Shown: piece by piece, positions 1 to 10,097 of the stretch
Position numbering within the stretch: position 1 is the stretch's first letter
Layout of the letters: the number at the start of each line of letters is the position of its first letter
Assembly (NCBI GenBank): GCA_031425655.1
Contig: JANPJS010000128.1
Span: forward strand, 1-41,096
DNA: 41,096 nucleotides
Source: Abditibacteriaceae bacterium
GTDB taxonomy: Bacteria; Armatimonadota; Abditibacteriia; Abditibacteriales; Abditibacteriaceae
Reading direction: 5' to 3'
Notes under the pieces: generated by a model
Database searches by the model: none
What the model was told of the DNA's origin: nothing
The model's input: the letters and a program-made list of their open reading frames with translations, nothing else
Program-made: the position numbers and the translations under genes

Positions 1-2
1 CC

Positions 3-62
3 AGTCCGCGCAGGCGGACTGCCGGCGGCAAAGCCGCCCTTCAGCCGCGATTTCAATCGCTG
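3..62. repeat. REP-like palindromic element (AGTCCGC-GCAG-GCGGACT family)
   Basis: Hairpin agtccgcgcaggcggact (3-20) is identical to 22159-22176. It is followed by hairpin ggcggc-aaa-gccgcc (24-38) and gccgcgatttcaatcgc, which resembles gccgcgaatttattcgcc at 22205-22222. Confidence 0.75.
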
Positions 63-65
63 GGG

Positions 66-230
66 TCAGTAGATAGCAAGTCGGGTTATTCTGTCAATTT
101 CCCACAAGCCGGCGATGCTCACCGACGCGCTGTTATTCCCGTCTCCAATGAGCTGTAAAGCCGTAGGACTCAACTTGGCATCGTCCGTGATGAACCAGAT
201 TAATGTATGCGTGTCGAGAAGCAATCTCAT
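66..230 (-). pseudogene. Truncated VapC/PIN-domain toxin (54 aa)
   Basis: ATG at 230 overlaps the antitoxin stop (ATGA). MRLLLDTHTLIWF...LS..A..LI.D..N...VSIAGLWEI is a typical PIN N-terminus, but the ORF stops about 9 codons after WEI, whereas full VapC is about 125-135 aa. Confidence 0.8.
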
Positions 231-472
231 TCCATGTATTCCTTGAAGTCTTCGAGCGGCGCGTCGAAGTCGTCGGCGATGTAGGTAATTAAGCCTTTCG
301 CGCTGCCGAAGCGTGGGCGAGGCCGGTCGTCGTGCGCTTCGCTTTTTTCCTCGCACGGCACCAGCCGCACGCTGTGGCCGTTGCGCGTAATCAAGACTTC
401 CTCGCCGCCGAGCGCCGCTTCAATCAGCGCCGGTAGTTGCTCTTTCGCTTCGTCCAAAGTCACTTGTGTCAT
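227..472 (-). CDS. Type II antitoxin, Phd/YefM N-terminus with DUF2281-like C-terminus
   Basis: EAKEQLPALIEAALGGEEVLITRNG..RLVP (Phd-like) plus RPRFGSAKGLI..ADDFDAPLEDFKEYM. GGAGG RBS upstream on the - strand; coupled to the PIN ORF. Confidence 0.85.
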   Translation of the reverse strand: MTQVTLDEAKEQLPALIEAALGGEEVLITRNGHSVRLVPCEEKSEAHDDRPRPRFGSAKGLITYIADDFDAPLEDFKEYME

Positions 473-524
473 GGCGTCCTCCGGGAAAAGTATAGCCCGC
501 GCCGTGAGCGGTTATATTTAATTC

Positions 525-2585
525 ATGTCCCGCCAGTTTCATTCGGTTTATTCGCATGGTTTTTTGCGCGCGGCGGTCGCGATTCCCTTTGTGCGCGTCG
601 CTGATCCCACTTTCAACGCCGAACACACGCTGAATCTCGCGCAGCAGGCTTCCGAGCAAAACGCGGCTGTGGTTTTGTTTCCAGAACTCGGAATTTCGGC
701 GTATTCCAACGACGATTTGTTTCATCAGGATGCCCTGCTCGACAGCGTGCGTTTTGCCCTTGATGCACTTGTCGAAGGCAGCCGCGACTTGGCGCCGGTG
801 CTTCTCGTCGGCGCGCCGCTGCGCTTCGAAGGCAAATTGTTCAACTGCGCCGTCGTGATTTACAAAGGTCGCATTTTAGGCGTGGTGCCGAAAACCTATC
901 TGCCCAATTACCGCGAGTTTTACGAAAAGCGCCAGTTCGCATCGGGGCGCGATGCCGTCGCGCGTGAAGTGCTTTTGCTGAATCAGCGCGTGCCTTTTGG
1001 CAGCGACATCGTGTTCGATGCGGTGAACATGACCGATTTTTCGCTTCACGTCGAAATCTGCGAAGACGTGTGGACGCCGATTCCGCCTTCGACTTACGGC
1101 GCTTTGGCCGGCGCGACGATTTTAGCCAACCTTTCGGCCAGCAATATCACTATCGGCAAGGCGGAATATCGCCGCGCTTTGTGCGCCGGGCAGTCGGGCA
1201 AGTGCGTGGCGGCCTATTTGTATTCGGCAGCCGGGCCGGGCGAAAGCACGACGGATTTAGCGTGGGACGGCCACGCGCTGATTTACGAAAACGGCGAGCA
1301 ATTAGCCGAAAGCGAACGCTTTTCGGCGCACGAGCACATGATTGTCGCCGATATTGATCTCGAACGCTTGGCGCAAGATCGAATGCGCCTGACTTCGTTC
1401 AGCGATTCGGCGCACGACCACAAAGATAAGCTGCGCCAAATGCGGCGCGTCGAATTTGAATGGAGTGTGCCCAAAGGCCAAATCGCGCTGCGCCGCAGCG
1501 TCGAACGCTTCCCGTTTGTGCCCAACAACCCGGCTGTGCGCAACGAACGCTGTTTCGAGGCTTACAACATTCAAGTGCATGGCTTGATGAAGCGTTTAAC
1601 CAGCACCGGAATCGAAAAAATCGTCATCGGTGTGTCGGGCGGATTGGATTCGACGCACGCTTTGATTGTCGCGGCGCGCACGATGGATAGATTAGGTTTG
1701 CCGCGCGAAAACATCTTGGGTTTCACCATGCCGGGCTTCGCCACCAGCGATATTACCTTGAAAAACGCCCACGCTTTGATGAAATCGCTGGGCATTACCG
1801 CCAAAGAAATAGACATCAAACCAAGCTGCCTGCAAATGCTGCGCGACGTGGAGCATCCGTTCCAACACGGTGAGCCGGTTTACGACATCACTTTTGAAAA
1901 CGTGCAGGCCGGCGAGCGCACCAGTCATCTTTTCCGCTTAGCCAATTTTCACAACGGTTTGGTGCTCGGCACCGGCGACCTCAGCGAATTGGCGCTCGGT
2001 TGGTGCACCTACGGCGTCGGCGACCACATGAGCCATTACAATGTGAACGCCAGCGTGCCTAAAACGCTGATTCAACATTTGCTGCGCTGGATTATCGGGA
2101 CGGAACAGTTCGATGCCGAAACCGGCGCGACTTTGCAAAGCATCGTGGATACGGAAATCTCGCCGGAATTAGTGCCGCCCGGCGATGACAACAACGATGC
2201 GCCTTCGCAAAGCACGCAAGAGAAAATCGGGCCTTACGAGTTGCAGGATTTCAACACTTATTACATTACGCGCTACGGTTTTCGGCCCAGCAAAGTCGCG
2301 TTTTTGGCCTTGCACGCGTGGGGCGACAAATCGCGCGGCACTTTTCCCGATTCGCTTCCGCAAAAACTGCACAACGAATACGATTTGGCGACCATTAAAA
2401 AATGGTTGGGCATTTTCGTTTTTCGCTTTTTCAAAATTTCGCAGTTCAAGCGTTCGTGTTTGCCCAACGGCCCGAAAGTCGGGTCGGGCGGCAGCCTTTC
2501 GCCGCGCGGCGATTGGCGCGCTCCCAGCGACAGCGAAGCGACCGTCTGGCTCGAAGAATTGCGCGAAAACGTGCCGGATTCTTGA
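525..2585 (+). CDS. nadE: Glutamine-dependent NAD+ synthetase
   Basis: N-terminal nitrilase domain ([23 protein letters not shown]) plus synthetase domain (SGGLDS, ENVQA, GTGDLSE, QFKRS, PNGPKV). Confidence 0.97.
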   Translation: MSRQFHSVYSHGFLRAAVAIPFVRVADPTFNAEHTLNLAQQASEQNAAVVLFPELGISAYSNDDLFHQDALLDSVRFALDALVEGSRDLAPVLLVGAPLRFEGKLFNCAVVIYKGRILGVVPKTYLPNYREFYEKRQFASGRDAVAREVLLLNQRVPFGSDIVFDAVNMTDFSLHVEICEDVWTPIPPSTYGALAGATILANLSASNITIGKAEYRRALCAGQSGKCVAAYLYSAAGPGESTTDLAWDGHALIYENGEQLAESERFSAHEHMIVADIDLERLAQDRMRLTSFSDSAHDHKDKLRQMRRVEFEWSVPKGQIALRRSVERFPFVPNNPAVRNERCFEAYNIQVHGLMKRLTSTGIEKIVIGVSGGLDSTHALIVAARTMDRLGLPRENILGFTMPGFATSDITLKNAHALMKSLGITAKEIDIKPSCLQMLRDVEHPFQHGEPVYDITFENVQAGERTSHLFRLANFHNGLVLGTGDLSELALGWCTYGVGDHMSHYNVNASVPKTLIQHLLRWIIGTEQFDAETGATLQSIVDTEISPELVPPGDDNNDAPSQSTQEKIGPYELQDFNTYYITRYGFRPSKVAFLALHAWGDKSRGTFPDSLPQKLHNEYDLATIKKWLGIFVFRFFKISQFKRSCLPNGPKVGSGGSLSPRGDWRAPSDSEATVWLEELRENVPDS

Positions 2586-2678
2586 ATGTAAAATGCAAAA
2601 TTAAAAATGCAAAAAACAACGCTGTCTTTCACCCATTTGTATATTTTAATTTTGCATTTTTAATTTTGCATTTTTAAT
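2586..2678. repeat. Inverted array of degenerate heptamers (AAAATGC/AAAATTA)
   Basis: aaaatgcaaaattaaaaatgcaaaa ... ttttaattttgcatttttaattttgcattttt. Same family at 18244-18332. Confidence 0.85.
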
Positions 2679-2685
2679 TAATCCC

Positions 2686-4755
2686 ATGCCCGAAACATCA
2701 ATTACGCAGAAAATTGAAGTGGCCGCTGTGCAGGGCGCATCCGACAAAAGCGGGGACAATTTCGGCCCCGGCGTCACGCCGCGCGTGGTGCTGCTCAGTT
2801 TGGGCCTCGCCATTCTGTTCGCGTGGATGATTCCGGTTGTTGATTACAAGTTTTTCAACACCTTTTTGGGCGCCACGCATTTGCCGCCCGGCGCTTTGGG
2901 CACGCTGCTGATTTTGCTGCTTGTCGTCAACCCGTTGCTGCGGGTTTTGGGCACAAAAAGCTTCTCGCGCAACGAAATTCTTACGGTTTATCTGACGTGC
3001 TTGTTTTCCACGCTCGTTGTCGGCATCGGCGGCAACAATTATTGGGTTTCGTTCATCATCGGCGCGTTTTACTTCGCCACGCCCGAAAACAAATGGATGG
3101 AGCATCTGCAATCGCTGCCGAGTTGGATGACACCGGCGCTGAATACGGACGGCACTTATAACAAAGCGGTCGTCGAGGGTTGGTATAACGGTCTGCGGCC
3201 CGGCGAAACGATTCCCTGGGGCGCGTGGATGATCCCGCTTTTGGCGTGGGGCAGCCTGTTTTTCGCCAGTTTCGTGCTTTTGGGCAGCCTGAGCGTGATG
3301 CTGCGCGGGCAATGGGGCGAGCGCGAAGCGCTTGCCTTTCCTCTCATGCGACTGCCGCTCGAACTGACGGACGGCACCGACACCTCGAAAAGCGCCATTC
3401 CCGCGTTCTTTCGCAATCCTCTGATGTGGGTTGGTTTCGGCGTGGCGGTTTTCATTCAATTGCTCAACGGCTTGAATTTGTATTATCCCGACGTGCCCAG
3501 AGTGCCGCTGAACGTGGACACCGGCCTGATGTTCAGCGAGGCGCCGTGGAATCAGATGGGCGGCATCACGATGCGCGTGTGGCCCATCGCCGTCGGCATT
3601 AGCTTTCTGCTGACCAGTGAAATTTCGTTTTCGCTGTGGTTTTTCTTCTGGTTCATCAAAGCGCAACTGATCGCGGCCTATTATCTGGGTTTTCCGCCGA
3701 GTTCGCTGCCCAACCAAATCGAAACCGGGCACAAAGCCTTCGTTGGCTTTCAGGAAACCGGCGCGCATCTGGCGTTCGTCGGCATCATTTTCTGGATCGG
3801 GCGCGAGCATTTCGGGCATATCGTGCGCCGCGCTTTGCCGTTTCTGCGCGAGCCGCGCGGCGAAATGGAAAAGCACGAAGCGATGAGTTATCCGGCTGCA
3901 TTTTGGTCGTTCGTGCTCTCGTTTTGCTTCTTGGTCGGCTGGACGATTTTCGCGGGCGTGACGCCGCTTTTGGCGCTTTCGCTGTGGGTCGGCTATTTGA
4001 CGATTGCCATCGTCGTCACGCGCGTCGTCGCGGACGGCGGCTTAATCTTCGTGCATCACGGCTGGATGCCGCTCGGCGCTCTGGCCTCGCTTTTTGGCGC
4101 GGGAAGCGGCCTGTTTTTGTCGCCGCAGAACGGCATTGTGGCGGCGAGTGTGCTGGAATCGGCCTGTATTCAGGATTATCGCGGCTCGCTGATGCCGTCG
4201 TTTATCCAAAGCTTCAAATTGGCGCGTGACCGCAAAATCAACGGGCGCGCTTTGGGCGCGCTGATTTTCGCCGTGATTTTAGTCGGTTTCGTGGTCGGCG
4301 TTCATATGAACGTGCGATTGGGCTACGAAAACGGCGGCTTGCAAATGCAAGGCTGGCTCAGCCAGTGGGGGCCGCAAATGACGGGGCGTCAGGCGGCTTC
4401 GATGGCCAATGGTTTCAGCGGGCGCGACGTGAGTTTGACGAACTTTTTCTGGCTGTTTTTCGGCGGCGGCCTCACGGTTTTGATGATGTGGTGCCGCAGC
4501 CGTTTTTTGTGGTTTCCCCTGCATCCTCTGGGCTATATGATGTGCGTGGCCTATCCGATGCACACCTTCTGGGTCTCGATCATGATCGGCTGGGCCTGCA
4601 AAGTTTTAGTTACGCGCTACGGCGGCACCGATTCGTATCGCCGCTTGGTTCCCGCTTTTCTCGGTTTGGCTTTGGGCGACGTGGCGATGATGCTGTTCTG
4701 GCTCGGCATTGACGGCTGGCAGGGCAAACAAGGCCACCAATTGATGCCGGGATAA
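2686..4755 (+). CDS. Polytopic membrane protein, DUF6785/DUF6784-like (OPT-related putative transporter)
   Basis: 689 aa with many TM segments. Motifs QW...E.L.FPL..LP, F.NPLMWVGF, SFSLWFF, RF.WFPLHP.GY, LVTRYGG...Y....P.FLGL.LG recognised from memory of this family. Confidence 0.75.
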   Translation: MPETSITQKIEVAAVQGASDKSGDNFGPGVTPRVVLLSLGLAILFAWMIPVVDYKFFNTFLGATHLPPGALGTLLILLLVVNPLLRVLGTKSFSRNEILTVYLTCLFSTLVVGIGGNNYWVSFIIGAFYFATPENKWMEHLQSLPSWMTPALNTDGTYNKAVVEGWYNGLRPGETIPWGAWMIPLLAWGSLFFASFVLLGSLSVMLRGQWGEREALAFPLMRLPLELTDGTDTSKSAIPAFFRNPLMWVGFGVAVFIQLLNGLNLYYPDVPRVPLNVDTGLMFSEAPWNQMGGITMRVWPIAVGISFLLTSEISFSLWFFFWFIKAQLIAAYYLGFPPSSLPNQIETGHKAFVGFQETGAHLAFVGIIFWIGREHFGHIVRRALPFLREPRGEMEKHEAMSYPAAFWSFVLSFCFLVGWTIFAGVTPLLALSLWVGYLTIAIVVTRVVADGGLIFVHHGWMPLGALASLFGAGSGLFLSPQNGIVAASVLESACIQDYRGSLMPSFIQSFKLARDRKINGRALGALIFAVILVGFVVGVHMNVRLGYENGGLQMQGWLSQWGPQMTGRQAASMANGFSGRDVSLTNFFWLFFGGGLTVLMMWCRSRFLWFPLHPLGYMMCVAYPMHTFWVSIMIGWACKVLVTRYGGTDSYRRLVPAFLGLALGDVAMMLFWLGIDGWQGKQGHQLMPG

Positions 4756-4779
4756 ACGCCCTTAACGCGCGAAAGTTAT

Positions 4780-5050
4780 AAAATCAAGACACGACCCGGC
4801 GATGCCTCCGTGGTTTTTCAACGGTAAGGCGGGAAGAACGGGAAGGCGGGAAGAGATTTGGGTGCTTTGGACGGGCGCACATCAACGTTATCTGTTGGGT
4901 TTGCGCTTGGATGGTGGATGAGGGCTGTGTTCAAGCTGCTTTTTCACTGCGTCAACTTTCAACACTTACCGTCTTCCCGTTCTTTCCGTCTTCTCGTTGA
5001 AAGCGACGAGACCGCGTAAGGTGAAAAATCAAGACACGACCCGGCGATGC
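4780..5050. repeat. Imperfect inverted-repeat element bounded by an exact 26-bp direct repeat
   Basis: aaaatcaagacacgacccggcgatgc at 4780-4805 and 5025-5050. Internal arms tcaacggtaaggcgggaagaacgggaaggcgggaag (~4818-4853) and cttaccgtcttcccgttctttccgtcttctcgttga (~4965-5000) are complementary. Confidence 0.8.
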
Positions 5051-5091
5051 TGCGCAAAGCGCATCGGACGGCGCAGAATTGAGGAGAAGTT

Positions 5092-8046
5092 ATGCAGATT
5101 TTCACGATTTCAGGGCGATTTGTCGCGTTGGCTTTAGCGGCAGGGCTTGGATTGAGCTTTTGCGGAGTTACGCCGGCCAGCGCGGCCACGACGCGCACCG
5201 TGAACAAGTTAACGGACGGCACCGGCGTCTGCGATGCCGCCGATTGCACGCTGCGCGAAGCGATTAACGCTTCGGTCGCGGGCGACACCATCCGCTTTTC
5301 CGTCTCCGGGTCTATTATGTTGACGTTAGGCGAATTGGGCATTGGGCGTGACTTGAACATCACCGGCCCGGCGGATGGCAGCATAAGCATCGAGCGCAAA
5401 GCGACGGCAGCTTTTTCTCGTATTTTCAACGTCAGCGCCGGGACGGTCAAAATCTCCAACCTGACTGTTACCAACGGCTACTTGTCAGGCACGCCGGGCC
5501 TTGTGGGCACGCCTTCTGTCCCGCGTGGCGGCGATGGCGGTTCGGTGATGGGCGCCGGCATTCTCAACGCCGGCACGCTGACCCTGACGCGCTGTTCCAT
5601 CACTGATAATTATGGCGTCGGCGGTGTGGGCGGCGATGGTTACAATGGCGATAGCGCTGGCAAGGGCGGTAACAGCGCGGGCGCCGGCATTGCCAATTCG
5701 GGTTCGCTCACGCTGAGCCGCTGCACGGTTTCCGGCAACTTAGCCAGAGGTGGGGCGGGCGGCATCGGTCTGTCCGCCGGTTCAGGGGGGAGCGGGTCTT
5801 ACGGAGGCATCATAAATACAGGTGCCTTAGTCATGGTGAACACCACCGTTTATGGAAATACCGCGCAGGGCGGCAGAGGCGGCGAAAGCAGCAGCGCAAC
5901 CAACGGCGATGGCGGCGAGGGCGGCGATGCCGGTGCTGGCGGCGTGGGCAACGGCTTTTCCTTTCAAGACCCTTTGGCGTCTCCGCCTTCGTTGGCGGCG
6001 ACCAATTGCACCATCAGTTTGAACACCGTTTACGGCGGCAACGGCGGGCGCGGCGGCACGACCGGATTCAGCACGGGCGGCGACGGCGGCAACGCTCTGG
6101 CTGGCGGGCTGCTGCTGCGTGGTGGATTTGGATCCAATTCGAATTCGGAAACTCTGCGGAACACGATTGTCGCTCTTAACGACGTGTCCGGTGGTGCAGG
6201 CGGCCCCGGCAGCACGCCCGGCGTTCACGGCAGCCCCGGTGGCCCCGATGACGCTTCCTTCACTAATTCGCCTGATGTGGACGGTAATATCAGCAGTTTA
6301 GGCCACAACCTCGTTGGCAAAAGCGATGGCAGCGATGGCTGGGTCGCCAGCGATTTACTCGGCAGCATCGCGGCGCCGCTTGATCCTCAATTAAATGCCC
6401 TGAACGCCAACGGCGGCCTGACCCAGACCATTTTGCTTTTGCCCGGTAGCGCCGCCATTAATACCGGCGACGACGCTGTGCTCAGCGCGCCTCTTAGCCT
6501 TGCTACTGACCAGCGCGATCTGCCACGTAAAATCGGCACGCGCGTTGACATCGGCGCGACGGAGTTCGACTCGGCGCAAACCAGTGTCACTTTAGTCGTG
6601 AACACATTGGCCGAACACGCCGACGGCACTTGCGGCGCGCTCGATTGCACTTTATTGGATGCTATCAACGCCGCCAACGCTGCCTCCAACGCCAACACGA
6701 TTACCTTCAAAGCGGGCCTGAGCGGCACCATTACCAACACCTTGCTGCCCGACGGCCTTGAACTTCAGACTCCCGTGACGATTAGCGGGCCGGGCGCACG
6801 GATTCTGTCTCTGAGCGGTGGAGGAATCGGGCGCGTCTTCTGGGTGCAGCCCGGCGGTAGCGCCACGATTTCGGGCTTGACGCTGACCAACAGCGGTGTT
6901 GTCGGCAGCGGCGGCGCTATTTTTAATCAGGGCACACTGACGCTGCGCGCCTGTGCCGTGCTGAACAACAGGGGCGGTTCGGGCGGCGGCGTGGCCAACG
7001 CCGGGACGCTGAACGTCTTCAATTGCACGTTCGCCGGCAATAGCAGCACCGGGAATGGTGGCGCGGTTCGCAATACCGGAACCGCGAAGATTTCCAACAG
7101 CACGCTTTGGAACAACATCGCTGTGTCGAGCGGCGCCATCACTTCGTCGGGAACATCCGCTGCTCCGGCCAAAATTTCCCTTGACAATTGCACCATCGCC
7201 GGTAACATCGCTTCGGCTGCGGGCGCTTATGGCGGCGGAATCAACAACTACGGCGTCAGCACCGTTGAACTCGGCAATACCATCGTCGCGAACAATACGG
7301 CGACCAACGGCTCCGATCTGTCCGGCGCCTTCGTGTCACTCGATTACAACCTGATTCGCACTTTTCAGGCTGCTTACGCTTCTTTCACCGGCTCAACCAG
7401 TAACAGCCAGTTCAATCAAGACCCCAAACTCAGCGTCTCCGGCCTGAGAAACAACGGCGGCCCGACCGATACGCTCGCTTTGGCATCGGGAAGCCCGGCT
7501 ATTGATAAGGGCAAGAGTTTTGGCGCCACGACCGATCAGCGCGGCTTCAATCGTCCGGTTAACATTGTCTCGCTCGCACCCGCGCCCGGTGGCGACGATA
7601 ACGACATCGGCGCCTACGAAGTCGGCGGCGTCCCGACGTTAGTGGTCAACAATCCGCGCTCGACGCCCGAAGGCAGCGCAAGCGTGCCCGGCTCGATCAC
7701 CTTCGACATTACTCTCAGCGGTGCCAGCCTGCAAACCGTGACCGTCGCTTACCAAACGACTAACGGCATCAACAATCCGGCTCTTGCGGGCAGCGATTAT
7801 GTTGCCAAAAGCGGCACGCTGAATTTCGCTCCCGGAGAAACACTCAAGCGTGTCACGATTCTCTATGTCGGCGACAGCAAAGGCGAACTCAACGAAACCT
7901 TCTTCCTCGACTTGAAAACCCCTACCAACGCGACCATCGCCGACAATCGCGGCGTGGGCACCATCGTCAACGACGACGCGGCAGGGCAGCTTTTCGAGAA
8001 CGACGAAACGCCGGACACGAGCGAAAGCGACGAGCCAAGTCAGTAA
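5092..8046 (+). CDS. Secreted CSLREA / beta-helix / choice-of-anchor-Q protein (two units) with one Calx-beta domain (paralogue 1)
   Basis: GAGGAG RBS; signal peptide ending ASA; CTLREA and a second CTLLDA motif; Gly-rich GGxGG loops; two NGG.T.T..L..GS.AI..G...TDQR...DIGA.E motifs; Calx-beta (AGSDY..SGTLNFAPGET...ETFFLDL...GTIVNDD). Confidence 0.9.
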   Translation: MQIFTISGRFVALALAAGLGLSFCGVTPASAATTRTVNKLTDGTGVCDAADCTLREAINASVAGDTIRFSVSGSIMLTLGELGIGRDLNITGPADGSISIERKATAAFSRIFNVSAGTVKISNLTVTNGYLSGTPGLVGTPSVPRGGDGGSVMGAGILNAGTLTLTRCSITDNYGVGGVGGDGYNGDSAGKGGNSAGAGIANSGSLTLSRCTVSGNLARGGAGGIGLSAGSGGSGSYGGIINTGALVMVNTTVYGNTAQGGRGGESSSATNGDGGEGGDAGAGGVGNGFSFQDPLASPPSLAATNCTISLNTVYGGNGGRGGTTGFSTGGDGGNALAGGLLLRGGFGSNSNSETLRNTIVALNDVSGGAGGPGSTPGVHGSPGGPDDASFTNSPDVDGNISSLGHNLVGKSDGSDGWVASDLLGSIAAPLDPQLNALNANGGLTQTILLLPGSAAINTGDDAVLSAPLSLATDQRDLPRKIGTRVDIGATEFDSAQTSVTLVVNTLAEHADGTCGALDCTLLDAINAANAASNANTITFKAGLSGTITNTLLPDGLELQTPVTISGPGARILSLSGGGIGRVFWVQPGGSATISGLTLTNSGVVGSGGAIFNQGTLTLRACAVLNNRGGSGGGVANAGTLNVFNCTFAGNSSTGNGGAVRNTGTAKISNSTLWNNIAVSSGAITSSGTSAAPAKISLDNCTIAGNIASAAGAYGGGINNYGVSTVELGNTIVANNTATNGSDLSGAFVSLDYNLIRTFQAAYASFTGSTSNSQFNQDPKLSVSGLRNNGGPTDTLALASGSPAIDKGKSFGATTDQRGFNRPVNIVSLAPAPGGDDNDIGAYEVGGVPTLVVNNPRSTPEGSASVPGSITFDITLSGASLQTVTVAYQTTNGINNPALAGSDYVAKSGTLNFAPGETLKRVTILYVGDSKGELNETFFLDLKTPTNATIADNRGVGTIVNDDAAGQLFENDETPDTSESDEPSQ

Positions 8047-8092
8047 AGTGTCTTGTGTGAAATTGGCATAGTTGGTAACTTCAGTTAAAGCG

Positions 8093-8144
8093 AAGGCCCG
8101 CTGTCAGACGGCGATAATGTCGTCCGACGGCGGGCCTTGTTTTT
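8093..8144 (+). terminator. Long hairpin plus T-tract directly upstream of an RBS (copy 1 of duplicated intergenic cassette)
   Basis: aaggcccgctgtcagacggcg-ataa-tgtcgtccgacggcgggcctt then gttttt; about 21-bp stem with G-U pairs and one mismatch. Confidence 0.6.
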
Positions 8145-8155
8145 AGGGGATTTAG

Positions 8156-9988
8156 ATGAAAACGCAGATAAAAACATTACTTTGTCGCAAACGGCGCCTG
8201 CTCTTGGCCGCACTCATAGGCTTCGGCATGATGCTACCGGGCGCAGCGCACGCCGCGACCTTCACCGTGACCAAACTCGCCGATACCAACGATGGCGCCT
8301 GCGACGCCGATTGCTCTCTGCGCGAGGCGGTTACTGCGGCCAACAGTCTTATTGATGCGGATGTTGTTGATTTCTCGGTCAGCGTGCGCGGCCAACTTGA
8401 CTTGACGATGATTGGGGACACTTCGGGTGGAGAAAGTGCCTTAGGTTTGAGTGCGAACGTCGCTATTCAGGGGCCAGGCGCCAATGAGTTGGCCCTTCGG
8501 CGCAGCAGTAGCCGGGACTTTCGCCTTTTTTACGTTTTGCCGGGTGTCACGGCGAGCATTAGCGGGCTAACCCTTTCCAACGGCAAACTCAACGGTGGGG
8601 GAGGTATCCTCAATTCCGGCAGCCTGACCATCCAAAACTCCATATTAAGTAGCAATAGTGCTACTGCTGATGGAGGGGCGCTTTATAACCTCGGAACGCT
8701 GACGATGACGCACAGCACTCTAAGCGGCAATATTGCCATGAGATATGGAGGCGGCTTTCTTAATGCTGGCACCATGACGGTGCAGAATTGCACTTTGAGT
8801 GGTAACAGTGGCATTGACGGCAGTGGCATCGCCGGCAGTGCTATTATGAACTACGACACTTTGACTCTTCAGAACAGCACTCTCGTTGATGAGGTTGTTG
8901 ACGCTTCGCTAACTGTTTCCAATAAGGGCAATCTCAGTATTGGACACACGATTGTAAAGGCAGCAGGACAGCAGATAAATTTTGGTAATAGCCAAGATCA
9001 GGGCGCTGTGATTACCAGCCTAGGCTACAACATCAGCAACCGTAACTCGTCGGCTTATCTCAATCAGCCGACCGACCTGAATAACACCGATCCCCTGATC
9101 AGCCTTCTGGCCGACAACGGTGGTGTCACGACAACCTGCGCTTTGCAACCTGACAGCGCCGCTCTTAACGCTGGAGACCCGTCTTTTGCGCTGCCGCCCG
9201 CCACCGATCAACGCGGCGCAGGTTTTGACCGCGTGAGTGGTGGGCGCATCGACATTGGCGCCTTCGAGGTGCAATATCCGTCGCTTTCAGTCAACGACAC
9301 GCGCGTCTTCGACGAAGGCAGCGTATCGGTGCCTGTTTCCCCAACCTTCACCATCGCGCTGGCCTTTGCCTTCGACCAAACCGTGACGGTGAACTATTTC
9401 ACGACCGATGGAAGCGCCAAAGCGGGCAGCGATTACGTCGCTAAAAGCGGCAAACTCACCTTTTTGCCGGGCGAAACCAAAAAGCTGATTTCGGTGAGAA
9501 CCATCGGCGATAGCGTGCCCGAACCCAGCGAAACCTTCTTCCTCGATCTGAAAACGCCGACTAACGCGACCATCGCCGACAGTCGCGGCGTGGCTTCGAT
9601 TCGCAACGACGACGGGCCGAGCCTCAGCATCTTCGACGCTGCGCCGGTTGACGAAGGCAAAAGCACAACCACAGCGCAAAGTTTCATCGTGCGTCTGAGC
9701 GCGGCTTCGACCGACACCGTTACCGTGAATTGGGCCACGGCCAGCGACAGCGCCGGAGCAGACGATTTCGTGGCGGCTGCGGGCACTTTGACGTTCGCGC
9801 CGGGCCAGACCAGCAAGCGCATTAGCGTTTTGGTAACAGGCGACAGCACGGTTGAGCCGAACGAAACCTACAAAGTGAATCTGAGCAAACCGGCTTATGC
9901 GGTTTTGGCTGATGCGCAGGCTATTGGCACCATCCGCAACGACGACGCTGCGGATGGGCTATTCCAGAACGGCGAGCCAAGCGAGTAA
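8156..9988 (+). CDS. Secreted CSLREA / choice-of-anchor-Q protein with two Calx-beta domains (paralogue 2)
   Basis: Signal peptide ending AHA; literal DCSLREA; beta-helix repeats (NSTLSGN-like); DNGG.T...TDQRG...DIGAFE; two Calx-beta repeats; ends LFQNGEPSE. Confidence 0.9.
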   Translation: MKTQIKTLLCRKRRLLLAALIGFGMMLPGAAHAATFTVTKLADTNDGACDADCSLREAVTAANSLIDADVVDFSVSVRGQLDLTMIGDTSGGESALGLSANVAIQGPGANELALRRSSSRDFRLFYVLPGVTASISGLTLSNGKLNGGGGILNSGSLTIQNSILSSNSATADGGALYNLGTLTMTHSTLSGNIAMRYGGGFLNAGTMTVQNCTLSGNSGIDGSGIAGSAIMNYDTLTLQNSTLVDEVVDASLTVSNKGNLSIGHTIVKAAGQQINFGNSQDQGAVITSLGYNISNRNSSAYLNQPTDLNNTDPLISLLADNGGVTTTCALQPDSAALNAGDPSFALPPATDQRGAGFDRVSGGRIDIGAFEVQYPSLSVNDTRVFDEGSVSVPVSPTFTIALAFAFDQTVTVNYFTTDGSAKAGSDYVAKSGKLTFLPGETKKLISVRTIGDSVPEPSETFFLDLKTPTNATIADSRGVASIRNDDGPSLSIFDAAPVDEGKSTTTAQSFIVRLSAASTDTVTVNWATASDSAGADDFVAAAGTLTFAPGQTSKRISVLVTGDSTVEPNETYKVNLSKPAYAVLADAQAIGTIRNDDAADGLFQNGEPSE

Positions 9989-10034
9989 AGGGCTTTGAGT
10001 GATAGCGGCATGGTTGGCAACCTCGATTAACGCG

Positions 10035-10086
10035 AAAGCCCGCCACCGGACGGTGATAATGTCGTCCGACGGCGGGCCTTGTTTTT
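10035..10086 (+). terminator. Long hairpin plus T-tract directly upstream of an RBS (copy 2)
   Basis: aaagcccgccaccggacggtg-ataa-tgtcgtccgacggcgggcctt-gttttt; 3' arm identical to copy 1. Confidence 0.55.
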
Positions 10087-10097
10087 AGGAGCTTCAG

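Noticed and set aside
2698..3876. Long antisense ORFs (this 392-aa one; also 12925-13950, 26023-26898, 24994-25782, 30227-30904, 36478-37116)
   Set aside because: Shadow frames opposite well-supported genes in GC-rich DNA, with no motifs.
5480..6260. PE-PGRS or collagen-like protein
   Set aside because: The Gly-rich GGxGG runs are loops within a beta-helix/choice-of-anchor-Q protein; there is no PE domain or Gly-X-Y periodicity.
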